Shown: in pieces, positions 25,140 through 38,684 of the stretch
Position numbering within the stretch: position 1 is the stretch's first letter
How the letters are laid out: each line of letters opens with the position of its first letter
Source of the DNA: Pocillopora damicornis
Taxonomy: Eukaryota
Length of the DNA: 64,000 nt
Direction: 5' to 3'
Assembly (NCBI RefSeq): GCF_003704095.1
Contig: NW_020845260.1
Span: 62,001 to 126,000 of the forward strand
The notes under the pieces: model-generated
What the model saw: the letters and a program-made list of their open reading frames with translations, nothing else
What the model was told of the DNA's origin: nothing
Databases searched by the model: none
Made by a program: the position numbers and the translations under genes

Positions 25140-25212
25140 GGTCCGTTAGCTCAGTCAATAGAGCGTGGTGCTGATAAGACCAAGGTCGTGAGTTCAAACC
25201 TCACACGGACCA
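25140..25212 (+). pseudogene. tRNA-Ile(GAT), full length, probably inactive
   Basis: D-loop GG>AA; G31-G39 mismatch; anticodon GAT. Confidence 0.8.
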
Positions 25213-25764
25213 AAGAACACAACATGTTGCTTCCATGAAATAATCTAAAAACATTCTAGACTCATTTGTTTCCCTACAAATCATTTTACTATTTTCCATA
25301 ATTCATTTACAGCGGATGAAAAATTTTTTACGATTATTAATTAAATAACGTTCTAAAGAGGGGGAAACAAATAATTTGCTTCAATGAAAAGATCTAAACG
25401 TCAAGACTCAATTGTTACCCTCAAATCATTTTTACTATTTTTCCATGTTTTATTTCCAAATGAAAATTTTTAAGATTATTAGTTCAATTAATTAATTCTC
25501 CCGGTATCATTTCGCACCCTGGATTTTCTAACTTAGACGAGTTTTCACATTGAATAACGTCATTTAGCTCAAGCTATTAAACAGTCTGTCAAGCTCGATT
25601 ATCCACCGTTGTGATTAGTCTAAGAGAGCCTTTTAAGATTTTTCATATTACTTTATAATCGGCCCTTGAGTAGTATATTTGGTTTCGTTAAATGATATTA
25701 ATCCAGAGAAAACCTCCATGAAGGATGATCTCCAACTCTGGTTTCAAAGCGCTACGTATAAACC

Positions 25765-25831
25765 GTCTCCATGGCACAATCGATCAGCGCGCTTAGCTGT
25801 TAACCGAAAGGTTCGAGCCCACCAGGGCACG
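25765..25831 (+). pseudogene. tRNA-Asn(GTT) pseudogene, 7-nt deletion
   Basis: gctgttaaccgaaaggtt^cgagccc. Confidence 0.82.
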
Positions 25832-26460
25832 GTCTGTTTTGTGTTCAAAAAATATATTGATTTTCTACGATAATTTTAATGGATACTCACCTTGAAAGCC
25901 AATGCAAGGCTCTCGATTGCTTTTTTTTTTTCTTTCCTTCCATCTGACTTTGATTACTTTCTTGTGGCAGGGCCGGGTGTGTTGTACTCTACTGATTCCA
26001 TCGTTCCTGTTGTACTGTTGATTGTAAGGATATTGTCTCTGGGTCTCTTAGTCTGCTAAGAGTATATAAGATTCTGATATTGAGGTTTCTGTTTTTGTTT
26101 AGCGTGGTGAAAGGCAATTGTTATTTGAACTCGAGTTGTCGATTGTTCCACTGTGACGTCTTTCAAGGTCATGAAAGATATCTATAGTGGATAAAAACAA
26201 TTTCCGAACAAAAAAATCAGAAGTAAGAAAGTAGTTAATGTTTACTTCAGTTGAGTTGTGGGTAATTCCTGATATAAATGTCCTAATTTCATTATTGATG
26301 ATCAAAAACTATGATCAATACTATAGAACAACAAAGTTTTCTTGCCTGTTTCTTTTTCCCTGTCTCATGGGGTTTTCTCTAATGAGAATCTAAAATAGTT
26401 AAAGCATGTGGCGGTAATTGTTTCTTGGTGTGATTTACGAGATTTTTAAAAAGTACCCGA

Positions 26461-26532
26461 GGCGCCGGAGCTCAATTGGCAAGTGCCTGTCTAGTAAACT
26501 GGATGTCAGGGGTTCAAGTCCCATAACTGCAT
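26461..26532 (+). pseudogene. tRNA-Thr(AGT) pseudogene
   Basis: ggcgccg...cctgtctagtaaac...ggttcaagtccc with broken acceptor and T stems. Confidence 0.78.
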
Positions 26533-27287
26533 TTTTCATTTTTAGCCAGGAAATTTTGCAAACTGCACCCAAGTCAGCGGGAGTTAGTAAACAATAAAGA
26601 ACACAATCACTTTTATAAGCAAAAGGAAGAAGAACGAGGCCTCATTTGTGCGGTGCAGAACTCATAAAATGACGAAGGCTTAAAGAATCCCTCTCTATCA
26701 TCTCAAGAAGGATCTGAACAGTAAGACAAGGTTGATTAGATTTACTACCTCACAAGGGTCGGGTAGTTTCTGTTTCCGTTTTCACATGCACCTCACCGCT
26801 GCTGAGGCAGACGCGATGAGTACCGCACTACATCAACTTCCCAGCCTTCCTCTATAGACTACTTCCCGTGGCTGTTACTTTCTTTACCTTACAAGCAACA
26901 AACAAACCATGTTCATTTTGTAAAGTTTTAAAAGGCGGGGATTGTGACGTCCTTGCTCAATTGATTCTACGAGTGTTTTAGTTCTCGGTAAAACATTCAA
27001 GTTCATATAGTAAATGGATGCGGGTAGATATGGGAGTTCTCTTCGAATGTTCCACTCGATAGCTTACTTGTGAGCACAGAGAACGAGTGAGAAAAGTTGA
27101 TTTTATTGCTGAATGAAAGAAATAGGGTCCATCCCCTTTGTTGTATTTGTAAACCAAATCCCAACCATGGCTAAATGTACCCAGAAAAGCAAGATTCCAA
27201 GAATGCTACCGGTCAGGTCTCCTTAAAATCAAGTAACTGAACTGCGGGCCAAAATTAAAGAAATGTCCACTGGAAGTGACCAAGGTT

Positions 27288-27360
27288 GGGGAATTAGCTC
27301 AAGTGGTAGAGCGCCCGCTTAGCATGCGGGAGGTACCGGGATCGATACCCGGATTCTCCA
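27288..27360 (+). tRNA. tRNA-Ala-AGC: tRNA-Ala(AGC)
   Basis: Perfect cloverleaf, G3:U70, loop TTAGCAT, T-run at ~27369. Confidence 0.97.
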
Positions 27361-28179
27361 AAGGGGCCTTTTTCTTTTAATAAATGATACTTACATACCG
27401 CTCCGGCTAATTTCAAATTTTTTTTTTTTTCTAATTCATATCTTTCATTCATTAATCTTCTCTAGAATTGAAGAAGAGGATCAAGACCATGTGAAAAAGC
27501 CATAAACTTGTTGTATTTGCCCCTTAGGACAGATTATCTGCCGAAGATAAAAACAAAAATTGTACAGATCTAGGTAGAATCCTTTTTTAAATCGGCAGGT
27601 CAACTGCTCATGTGGAAAATTTAAGAAAGCTGAGGAGGGAAAGGTATCAACATAAGCCACAGCTGAAAGAAATGCTTCTCCCCATTGGCGAGACGGATGG
27701 ATATAATTTGCAAGATGCGCTTTCCTTTTCCTTCTCCGTAAAGAAGAGAAAAATGCGAGCAATGAGCAAAATTTCTCCTCGTATCATGTATGAACAGCCA
27801 TTTTCTTATTCCACCATTCTCTTGTTTCCTGATATTTTGGCCTATAGATCCCAAAGACTACGAAAAACAGAACCTGGGAGAGGACCAACGAGCATCGATA
27901 GGATGAAAAAATCCCCACCGCGCTCGTTGCGGTAAAAATTAGGGAAATATACCCGGCCCAATGGATAAAACTCTCCCGACCTGCCATGCACGGCCTTACG
28001 ATAAAAAATGCCCTAAGGAATCTCGATTCTAAGAGATTATGACACTAATAAACGATAATTTAGGTTGTCTTTGCCATCCTTAGCGTTTTCGCTGGCCGAA
28101 AGACCGTTCGCTTGAAAAGCCGATCAAATAATCCAACATTAATCGCACAGGTGGCTCCTCCTGCATAGGTATTAAGTAA

Positions 28180-29066
28180 GAGATAAATACCGATAACGGA
28201 GCTATTAATCCATATACATCCCGAGGGCCGTGGGGCCGAGGATGTGTATGGATTAATACCGACGTCTGAGGTATTTAACTGACTTATTTCAGGATGTTAT
28301 TCCTAAGGGATCTTTATGTAACGATCCTTTCTTCAAGGGGCCAAACACCGGCTAATTAGTACGGTCACGCCTTCGTCGGATCTAAGCCGATACAATGAAA
28401 ACAACCTGATGCGTGCGTTTCTCACAGGACTGTGATAAGTTGTGTGCTAATTCCTCCGTGATAAGCACTAGACTTTTTTGTACTTGGATATTTTGGCGAG
28501 TCCACAAGGGACTTAGCATTGCATTTTCTTTGTTTTTTGTTTATGTGTTCTATTGTTTGATATTTGGTTTTTGTTCTTGTTTACTAATTTTTCGTTAAAT
28601 GTTTTCCAGCGACTCATTTCTCTGTTTTTGTGCTGTCGTTAAGGACGGCATGTAAAGCGACCGGGAGTTTTTTCTTACTCAAAATAGTTTTTCGGAAGAA
28701 ATATAACAACACAATTTTAGAATTGATTCTATTTTAGACGGCCTAGTAGCTAATGACAAGCCTGCTCCACGAAATTCGTGTGTGGAAGAATTAAAGCAAG
28801 TAATGACTGAAGAAAGTATCAAGGATGGACGGACACACCCATCGAATCGCCTAGAAGCAGTAAGGACGATTTTGAGGTAAAACTTCCGCACAGCCCCATC
28901 CTACATTATGCATTCAGCTCTTGAATAGAGAATACAATAACAAAAATAATACATTTCCATTGGGAAAACAGATTTGTTTTACAATAGCATGGGGCTGTTC
29001 GGAAAGTTTGCCGATTTTGATCGTTGGCGATGAAAAACTTGAGAAGAGGAAGGAATCTCGAATACA

Positions 29067-29103
<37 letters not shown>

Positions 29104-29122
29104 ACTTGGTCTGAATGGGCAG

Positions 29123-29153
<31 letters not shown>

Positions 29154-29280
29154 AGGGATTTATACAGAGAATCCCTGAAACGGGGGCCCCGCTTTTCCCT
29201 GCTGCGTTATCAAGCCCTCCCCAGACTTTCAGTTTGTTAATATTCAACAGGGTTGTAAGTTAAATAAAGGTTGTTGAATA
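28180..29280 (+). mobile_element. Probable Crypton-related (DUF3504/ZMYM-like) non-autonomous element
   Basis: KRKESRIQPNTRINTSWAVRTWSEWAVERN at ~29040-29135; terminal hairpin 28203-28258; absent from the paralogous segment near 53100. Confidence 0.6.
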
Positions 29281-29937
29281 ACAAAAGAAAAGGTGTGAAT
29301 CAGGAAATAATGAGAATTAGAAACCTCATGAAAGAAGGCGTTGATAGTTGAAGGGAATCTTAGAGGTTATTACTTTTTTTTTCACTTCTCTTTTAAGTTT
29401 TGCCGGATATTGTTGCTCATAAATTGAAAAGACGCCGTCACTCTAATCACCCATAAATTTACCTCTTTCTGCGGTTTGAAAATCATTATATTGATTTTAC
29501 CTGTCATGTAAATTTGACCGAGAAATTACGTGTTCATTAAGCTTTGCTTAGTTAAGGCGAGGGCGCCGGAAAAGAAAGGAGTCTGCATTTCTGTTTTCCT
29601 ATTTGTTCATGAGTGGCAAATTTTCCCGATTGGGTACATGAAGCTGTCGTGTTAATGCTAAGCCGCATAAAGAATCAAATTATGTGCATGCATTTTGATG
29701 GCGGGGATGGAAATAAGTTTTTTGCTAATTCCATTTCTCTAACATATTTTCCAAAAAAAACTTTTTGACCAAGATTGAGCATGTATAATTATATGCCACA
29801 ACAAATGATCTATCTGCAAGTTTAAAAGTGTTCATGCTGATATGTTAAGATAATCCTGAAATATTGATTCTAAACAGGGGGGACGGATACCCTCTATTCC
29901 TGAAAGGTAGGAGGCCGAGCATGTTATATATTAGATT

Positions 29938-30010
29938 GGGGAACTAGCTCAAATGGTAGAGCGCCCGCTTGGCAGGCGGGAGGTACCGGGATTAAAATCC
30001 GGATTTTCCA
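29938..30010 (+). pseudogene. tRNA-Ala pseudogene (anticodon reads GGC)
   Basis: Ala body, T-loop destroyed (attaaaa). Confidence 0.8.
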
Positions 30011-30799
30011 ATTGGTACCTATATTCTTTTGTTTATTCTTTGGAAAAAGCTTGGCTTATAAAGTATTAACTAAGCATCTCTTTTGTACACTTCAACGGCT
30101 GGTTATGAAAACAAAGTTTAGCCACCGTTTAACAAACCCACTTTCTAGGCCATCTACTCAGCCGAACTTTTTATCTGAACATTTATTTTTGTGTCAAAAG
30201 GGCCGAAAACTGATAGTGGAGGGACATTTATTCAATTAAATCAACCTTCTTGTAGAGAATCCATGAGGCCTACTGGTTGCGTGAAACCGCGTTTGAGTTA
30301 GAACTCGTGTAAATAAACGACCCTAAATGTCCAAGGAAAGAATGACCAAGAGGATACCGAGGCTTATGCAACTTATGCGAGGCTTATGCAACAGAACGTG
30401 TTGCTCTCTTCGAGCTCAGACTACTAATTAAATTTTTTCCAACAATTGTTTTACGGCACATTCAATAAATTCAATTTCCTATGGCGACGGAGAAAACCTG
30501 TATAGATATACGATTCTAAGAGAATATCTCAAAACAAAATCAGAACTTTGGCTAATGTCTTTCAAAAATTAAGAAAATTGGTAGTGTACACACCAAGAAA
30601 CAACTCAAAATATTTAAATAGGTTTTCACCGTCGCTATTGAAAGTTGAATTGCTTGAATGTGATTTAAAACAAACTGAAAAAAAAAGTAATTGGATAAGA
30701 AAACACCTCAGGAGTCATCTTTCTAAATAGTCTTTCCTACACATTTAAGTTGGTCGATAGAGAAACAAAAACTTGTATGCAATCATGCATGGTCAAGAG

Positions 30800-30871
30800 G
30801 GGCCTGTCCAGGAGTCGAACCCGGGACCTCTCGCACCCGAAGCGAGAATCACGCCACTATACCAACAGGCC
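30800..30871 (-). tRNA. tRNA-Pro-CGG: tRNA-Pro(CGG), near intact
   Basis: 72 nt, loop TTCGGGT, one D-stem substitution, one G:U in T stem. Confidence 0.8.
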
Positions 30872-31566
30872 AGTCACAAATATGACGTGTCTGAAAAAAA
30901 AAAATGCACAATGAATGTCCTGGAAATGCTTCAAATTCATTTTTCATGAGTGACGAAAAAAGATCTTTACCAAATGAACTGTGGGAATGAATACTCTGAG
31001 ACTATAGATCATAGCTCTAAAGATCGAGAAGTTCAAGTAAACGGGAAAGTTTTGATATTGCAAGAGCCACCATTGCATTCAGTCGCTTCCTCTAGCCTAT
31101 CTTACTTCGACCTCTTTCCTTCCCTGTACGACCTGCTCACAACGAGGCAAATTCTTATTCCTTCGCGACGATTTTATATTTTAATTTTGTTTGAGGTGGC
31201 TATGAAGAGCGGCTAACACCACTTATGTAAATGTCGGTAAATAATAGCGACATAGAGGTTCACAAAGTTATGTAAAACTCCTAAATTTTGCTTCGGAAAC
31301 GCAAAAAGGGTTCATGGGTAGTGGTGGGTGCAGCAAAAATTTCATTCCAAATCATGACCTCTGGTCATCTGCAGTGTTTGTACGAACATACAGATTCGTA
31401 CATTTCCTAACCAACTCGCAACGGTAAGGATTCCAACTTCCAATGTTCTTATGAAAACAAGAGTGTATAAACACATAATTATTTGGGTTTGCAAAAATTG
31501 CAATTGGCGAATATGTTAAGCGAGTAGTATGTGATAGCGATCGTGATAGTAACAAAAGATCACTTG

Positions 31567-31634
31567 TGTCTCTGGCAGGGCCTGCGACTTTCCGCGTGTG
31601 AGGCAGACGTGATAACAACTACACTATAGGAAAC
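31567..31634 (-). pseudogene. tRNA-Val(CAC) pseudogene
   Basis: Shares the T-loop deletion of the 1269-1338 copy. Confidence 0.8.
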
Positions 31635-32237
31635 TTAACTAAGAGAAGTTATTAATCCTATCAAACTGAAATAAATAGATAAAGTAATAGATAGAAAAAA
31701 TAGAATAAAATATCAGATTATCTACACGGCAATAAAACTAGAATATTTTTCGAAGATTTTGAAGTACAAACGAGAGAAACATATGCGCCAAGATATTCAC
31801 GTCAAGTAAATTGCGCTAGCTAAGAGTAGTTTTACTATATTAATTTTTAGTTGCTGTTGTAATTGTCCTTTTTGCTCTAAATGAATCAGAGAGAAAGAGA
31901 AAATACCAAACTGTGTCATTAAAGCTGATCTTTTGCGTGTATTTCACCAAATAATGATCGGCCAGATCTGAAAAAAGTAGAGGGAGGGCGTGAAAATAAG
32001 TTTAGGGAAAGGAATGTTTGGTCCAAATTAGGATCAGGCCTCGAAAAACTTGTTTGCACGTCCCCACAAAGAATTCCAAGGTGTACGAAGACTCTGTTCT
32101 TGAAGATTATTAAACCAATATATTTTGAAAAGTTATTATGAGAGTAAAGTAAAATACAAACATATAGATGATATGGAAAGTCAGTTACAAATAAGTGTTT
32201 TGTTCAGATGGCTTTATAGAGACAAAAAAGTATTCTC

Positions 32238-32310
32238 TGGTCTGTGTGAGTATCGAACTCACGACCTTGGCGTTATCAGCACCGCGCTCTACCGACTGAG
32301 CTAACAGACC
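32238..32310 (-). tRNA. tRNA-Ile-GAT: tRNA-Ile(GAT)
   Basis: GGTCTGTTAGCTCAGTCGGTAGAGCGCGGTGCTGATAACGCCAAGGTCGTGAGTTCGATACTCACACAGACCA; T6 terminator; C27.A43 mismatch. Confidence 0.88.
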
Positions 32311-33790
32311 ACTGAGCTCTGCACCACACGCCAGGTCGTGACATACCCCTTGCTCTTAAAGTTGTAAAGAAGATAACGAAGTAATTTAAAATGATACTCT
32401 CTTATATGTGTTGAAAATCCTTCAGGATGTACTTGATCAACAGCACTCAGCTCTTTGTTCCCTGCCAGGAACATTTTTGCAAATATGTCCTTAGTTCAAA
32501 ATCTCCTCTAGTTTCATATTCTATCAAACAAATCAAAATTGCATTACACTTTTATTTTCTAAAGAACGTTTCTTTATTTAGGTGCCACTAAGTCTGAGAC
32601 AGACCACAGTGCTAAAAATATAATTTGAGCACATTTTCACCTACTGGTTTCAAGTTAAATTGCGTCGGAATTACTTGCCGAGCTTCGCAAAAGCGATGTC
32701 AGCTATGTCGCAGACACCTCGAACAAAACAAAAAAGTAATTCCACAGCAACAGATCACTGAAGCAGGTCATAGAGAGAAGGATAGAGCAAAAACATTTTG
32801 CAAAATGCACCCAATATGTCAGTGGGAGTTAGTAAACTATATTGAATACAGTAATCTTTACGAACAGAAGGAATAAAAAGATATACAAATATACGAAAGC
32901 TTAAACAATCCCCCCTCTATCATCTCGAGAAGGATGTGAACAATAATACAGAGTTGATTAGATTTACTCCCTCTTATGGCACTGGTCGGGTTTTCTCTTT
33001 TTCCGTTTTCATATGCGCTCACAAAGATTTCAAATTCGTTTTTCATGAATACCACAAATAGGTTTTCATGAGATAAAAATTGGGAATTTTTCTAATCTCC
33101 TGTAAAAAAAGCAGCCATCTTCCCTGCGGGGAATCGAACCCCTTTAAGTTAAACAGCCACGAGTTCACCATTGGGGTACTGATCATAAAGGGACAAGACT
33201 AAAGCAGCTGCTTCGCCTGTATCCAGACTTCCTCCTGCCTTGGAAAAGAAGCGAATTTAAGTGATCGTGAATCTTATTGTTTCTAACGAAAAGTCGATTA
33301 AGATTCACTGTAGATGCACTCCAGACTACAAGAGGAACGGTGGAATAGAAGAGAACATTCCCCTAACGAGGGATATACCAAAACAAATCCGTGATCACGT
33401 TTTCATTCATTTTATCAACGCGAACGAAGTCGGAAAAAGTCAATTGTGTTGCACGCGGAAGGTCGCAGGTTCGAGCCCTACGAGAAACATTTGCGATTTG
33501 TGACCATTATCTTTTTGCTTGGAGGATGGACATGCACCACTGCAGTTGAGCCGCTTTACAATTCTTGCAAATTGTATCAAATATATTTACTTTTTGTCAC
33601 TTATTTTTTCCTCCTTGTGAGAATAATTAATAACTCCAAAATCAATAACGTAAATTTAAGTCTTCTTTTCATGAGAATCTTATTCTTTCTGGGTATGTTG
33701 AGGCTGAGGTAAACTGAAAAACACACCAACCACGTGGTTGGTGTGTTTTTCTATAATTCTGAAAAATTAACCACCGAAGTTAATGTTCAG

Positions 33791-33863
33791 GTTTCTGTAG
33801 TGTAGTGTTAATTACATTTTCCTATCACGCGGAAGGTCGCAGGTTCGAGCCATTCCAGAAACA
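33791..33863 (+). pseudogene. tRNA-Val relic (further fragments at 33452-33490 and 34670-34732; Asp 3' fragment at 33118-33141)
   Basis: gtttctgtagtgtagt...cacgcggaaggtcgcaggttcgagcc. Confidence 0.72.
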
Positions 33864-35087
33864 TTTTCGATGTATGACCATTATGTTTAGAGGATGGGCA
33901 GACTCCACTGTAATATGTGCTGCTTTAAAATTCTTACAAATTGTTTTAAATATATTTACTTTTGGTGAATTGTTTTTTCCTCCCCGTGAGAATAATTAAC
34001 AACTCCAAATTCAACGAAGTAAATTTAAGCTTTCTTTTCATGAGAATCTTATTTTTTCCGCCCGTAATGAGGCTGAGTTGAACTAGAAAACACTTACCGG
34101 TTTGCAAGTCAGTCTGACCAGTTTTATTTAAGTTCATGCAGACCTCAGATCAACAAACGACACTTGTTGGAATCAAAGCTTTGCTATACCAACTAACCGA
34201 GAACAGCTTTTTCGTCTAGTAATTTGATGTGGCCTGGCCTTTGTCTGTATCCCGATTATTTGCCGGGATTCGCACCACAGAAAGCTCAGACGATATTAAA
34301 AGTCCGTGCACGTGTTGGCGAAGAATCGCAAAATTTACTCGTATGGAGTAAATTTAACATAATTTCGCGAAATCCTAAGCGAAATTGTTCTCTTCACGTC
34401 TTCGACGTCTTTCTGCTGTCTATGATTATGTTGAAAATGGACACTTTGACTCTTGAATTACTATCAAACATGAACTTAAAATGAAACGTTCGAGCGTGCA
34501 TAACTCGTGTGTCACCCTGACAGCCCAACTTCACCAGCTAGTCAGCAACAGGAGTGAAAGGCAAATAAAAGACAGAAACAACTGAGCCTGTTCCCACAAC
34601 ACCCTCCTCGATTCTGCCGTTAGTTGATTCAGAACACGGCATTTCAGACCTGCTGCAGATGCCACTAACGTAGTGTAGTGGTTATCACGTCCGCCTCACA
34701 CGAACCCTCAGGTTCGAGCACTGCCAGAAACAAATTTTGTCACAATCGTCCGCACTATTAGAAATCCAAGTTTTATCATCATCCTCTAATCAAAATATTT
34801 TTTTCTGAGCATTTTGAGGGTGGGTTCACTAAAAAACGCGCTTCCCGGTGGCTACCAAGTCTGGATTGTTCTGTCTATGCTCGTGTAAAGACCACATGAA
34901 TAAACTTGTCGGTATGACTTCCGTCCTGCGATTATTTGTTGGAATTCGCACGAGTGATGTTCAATGCTCCCAACAGAAACCAAGAACGAAATGAATGGCA
35001 ATCAAACATCCGTGTAAGACGTTGACTTCTTTCATTTAACTATATATAGATCAAAAACTCTGTTCGCATCATATTCCACAACAAAAC

Positions 35088-35158
35088 GCGCATCTCCAGG
35101 AGTCGAACCTGGTACTTTTCGTACCCAAAGCGAGGATAATGCCATTAGACCAACAGCC
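35088..35158 (-). pseudogene. tRNA-Pro(TGG) pseudogene
   Basis: Paralogue of 2589-2659 with shared lesions. Confidence 0.78.
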
Positions 35159-36167
35159 ATGAGTTCACCATAGTGTCAATTTGATTTTTTTTCTGTCCGA
35201 GATATCTTTGCTAACATCGGAGAGTTGGTTTCTACACCTGCGATTATGCTAAATGGGCCCTCCAACCAACTGCGACCCGAACAATAACCTTGATTTAGGA
35301 AAAAACTAAACTGAAATCGAGGGACAATCGCTGCTACAAGCCTGCACTATTTTAGGATCTCTTTGAGGAAATTATAGTAAAGACAAGTAAAATAATTTGA
35401 TGTTCTTGGCCTCGATCATAATTTCCAATCATCGTAAAGGACGTTAGCAGATGCACGCCATATATTACTTATGGCCTGTTTTTTTTTTTTTTTTTATATA
35501 TTGCTTTACCCCTCAAAACCTTCATGCACCAAATGTCTTCCCCGAACAAACACATCAGAGAGACATTCTTTCCCAAAAAGTTTAACATAAGAGTCTCACA
35601 TCTGGTGTTTATTAAAACTATAATTTAGTACTTCTTGCATAAAAAGTGACGCTAAAAGGCCTTCTCTGCTCTCGTGCCTTAGTGTTTTTTGAAGGTTAGT
35701 ATAAACACAGTAATGTGTGATTTATCTCGATACAGATTTGGCTATTTTAGCTGTGGGGTAAAGTAGGTTGGACTGAATTTTTCCTGAGTTTTTCTAAAAG
35801 TTTATTGATTCTGGACATCAACCACCTATTTAGCTCTGATGTTCTAGTTGATAAAAGCGTAAAATCTTTGTGGGACGTTCTTTATTTCACAAACTCTGTT
35901 GATGTTCACAATTTTTGTTTTCTGCAACAAAACTTGGAAACAAGTGGCATGCATATGGGAATATGAGCAAATGACAAAAAAATATATCACTTCTACTTGT
36001 ATTTTTAAAAGAAACTAATCAGCTAACATAGAGGTCTACCCAACGTAACTGCTGACTTATACCTCAAGTGTATACCTTCCATGCAATGATTTGTCTACAA
36101 AACTTAAGAATGCTTGTAACAGGAAAATAGTGTGAAAAGTATTGACTGGTAAATTTAATTTAGGGCC

Positions 36168-36236
36168 GGGAAATTAGCTCAAATGGTAGAGCGCCTCGCA
36201 CGTGGGAGGAACCAGGATCAATTCATGTATTCTCTA
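36168..36236 (+). pseudogene. tRNA-Ala relic
   Basis: ttagctcaaatggtagagcgc...ttctcta; anticodon arm damaged. Confidence 0.7.
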
Positions 36237-37600
36237 TTTATCGACTGGATCTTTCTGTTCTAACTCTGAATACCTTACCATGTGAAAAGCTGCTTATGCA
36301 TCGGTAATGTAAACTTAGATTTGGATAAAAAACAAATGAAAGATTTACTGATCTTGTAATGAGGCTCAGTAATACCTTTCGTAGTTTACCTAATTCATTA
36401 ATCAGAGTGGTCGGAGAGTAGGATCAAGACATTTAGAACAATTATGTTATTAAACTGCTATAGTTCAATGTTACGATTATCAAATATTAAGGAAAATAAA
36501 GCCTTTCAAAGATCAAGGTGACGTCCTCTTCCAACCGACAGGTCCACCGTCCGTTTTTTGTTGAATAACTAAGAAGGCAATGAGAAGGTTATAAACCCAA
36601 GGTTACAAACACAGACCCAGTTTCTGAACAACACGGGATAAGTTCTTACTACTTACAGAGATAGAGAGGTTTCATCTGCTGAAGTGGTTTTCACCTTCCA
36701 CCTACCACAATACGAAAACCACCGCTGCTCTGCAGTAATTTTTACGCGCCTATCGGAAAAATATCTTTTATTTACTGTTGTACCCCTCATTTCAAAGACT
36801 TTTCTATATCAATGATCCTTTATGGAGAATTTGGTTTGAACCTCGCGTGGGGCTCCAAGCAATGGACTCTGTTTCCAACGGCCCCTAAAATTAATCCAGT
36901 GAAGGCCCTTAGTGAAACTACTCTTAGCTAACACAGTTTACTTGACGTGAATATCGTCGCATATGTTTCTCCCTTTATTAGTTAGCTCTTTATAAATTTC
37001 GATGCCAAAACCACTAATCTTCTTAGAGGTTTCTGGGGTGTATTGGTTTTGTCTCTATCATATTTACTCATTGTGTTTGAACGAAAAGTGGACGTTACCT
37101 GTCCAATATCCGCACTAATTGAAATCTTTACAAATTCGATTAAGTAAATAAAAATTTCTTTCAAAATTCCTTTTCGTGAAATTCTTTCTTTTGAGAGAAA
37201 ATTGAGGCTGAAATAAACGAAACAAACTTAAAACGCACTTACCTTTGCCGGCGAATCACTTTGGAACATTTTATCTATGTTAGTGCTCACACAACACATG
37301 AAAGTTTTGAGCCTTTACACACCAAAATCCAGTAATGTCATGACGCATTGTGAACCTCTCTATCGCGATTATTTTTCCGAAGACCACGATACGAGTTACA
37401 GAAGTAAAAAATAACAAAAAAAATTAAGTTTCCATGTCTTTTGTTGTTCACCTTGCAGGAATGTCCGCCTCTTATTGGTAGGCACAAAAACGGCCGATAT
37501 GTATCAAAAACAGTGGCGTTCCTTTCCAGTTTCATCTCCTTTAGGTTCCTGAGAGGTTTACGAGTTTTCTGTCATCAGTGGCAAATATGAGAAAAAAAAG

Positions 37601-37660
37601 TGGAGAATCCGGGTATCGATCCCGATATCTCCCGCATGCAAAGCGGGCGCTCTCCCATTT
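37601..37660 (-). pseudogene. tRNA-Ala(TGC), 5'-truncated
   Basis: 3' 60 nt present; same block position as Ala(CGC) at 20092. Confidence 0.82.
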
Positions 37661-38614
37661 AAACACCCTCGTAGCCAGTCTTGCAACAATACTCATCCTT
37701 ACTGCTCATCTCACTTCTCTTGTCTTCCATCATGTTTAAACTCCAGTTAAAAGATTTCGGAGGCCTCACTAAAACCTATTTTATTTGGGCTCATAGTGCT
37801 GCCACAACAGACGATGGCTTTTTATTGAGTAGCAAACAAATCCAATGCTGGATAATGTGGTTTTATCAACTGAGTTGATGACGTAAATTGGCCACCGTAA
37901 AGAGTTTCAAAGCCAATGTCTCGAGTGTCTGCCCTTTGCTCTTTATCCTGTTATACTCCCTGTGAAAAAGACCAGGTGTAGCGCCTTAGAAAAACGAACA
38001 CAATCACTATTAATTGCGAACAAGATTACCCATTTTGTTTGGAATTATTGAAAGAGAGTGACACCAGGTCGCATCTGTCATGCGACGACCACAATAACAT
38101 TTTAGTAAGCGCCAGGATTGGAATTGATTACGTAATTGTCTTTGTTCGTGGCTTTCATTTATGCTCAGTTTAGTTTTCGCGTCTTCGTAGCTTTTCTTGA
38201 CTTTGCTAATTAGTCATATATCGGAGCAAAAACCTTCTTCCGATGAAGTATTGGTAATGGTGTGTTAGGTTGCCTTCCGAAGGATCTCGATATAGTTATA
38301 TTTTTGGTGTTTCGTTTAACAACTCCAGCGACACAGCAGCACAGTTGCTGAAAATACGGCCGTTCATTCTGATTAATTGTCAAACTCTTTTCTGGATTCG
38401 TGCTCATTCAGTGATGGTTTTTTTTGCGCCTCGAGTAGATCGCAGGAGTAGCCGTTTTTCCACTTGCACTTCAAATTCTTCGAAAAATCTACTAGTTTTA
38501 TTTTCGTGCGGATAATTATATACTATTTTCTACTTTTTTTTTGTTTTTTTTTTGCATCTATTAGTTTATCTACTTATTTCACTTTGATAAGATCAATATA
38601 CCTCCGTAGTTAAG

Positions 38615-38684
38615 GTTCCTGTAGTGTAGGTTATCACGTCCGCCTCACACGCGGAAGGTCAAGGTTCGAGCCTTGCCAGGAACA
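38615..38684 (+). pseudogene. tRNA-Val(CAC) with small deletions
   Basis: 70 nt; D-loop and T-stem deletions versus 6133. Confidence 0.8.

Noticed and set aside
29938-30010. Functional tRNA-Ala(GGC) as a second G34 species
   Set aside because: Single copy with a destroyed B-box and stem mismatches; best read as decay of a TGC paralogue
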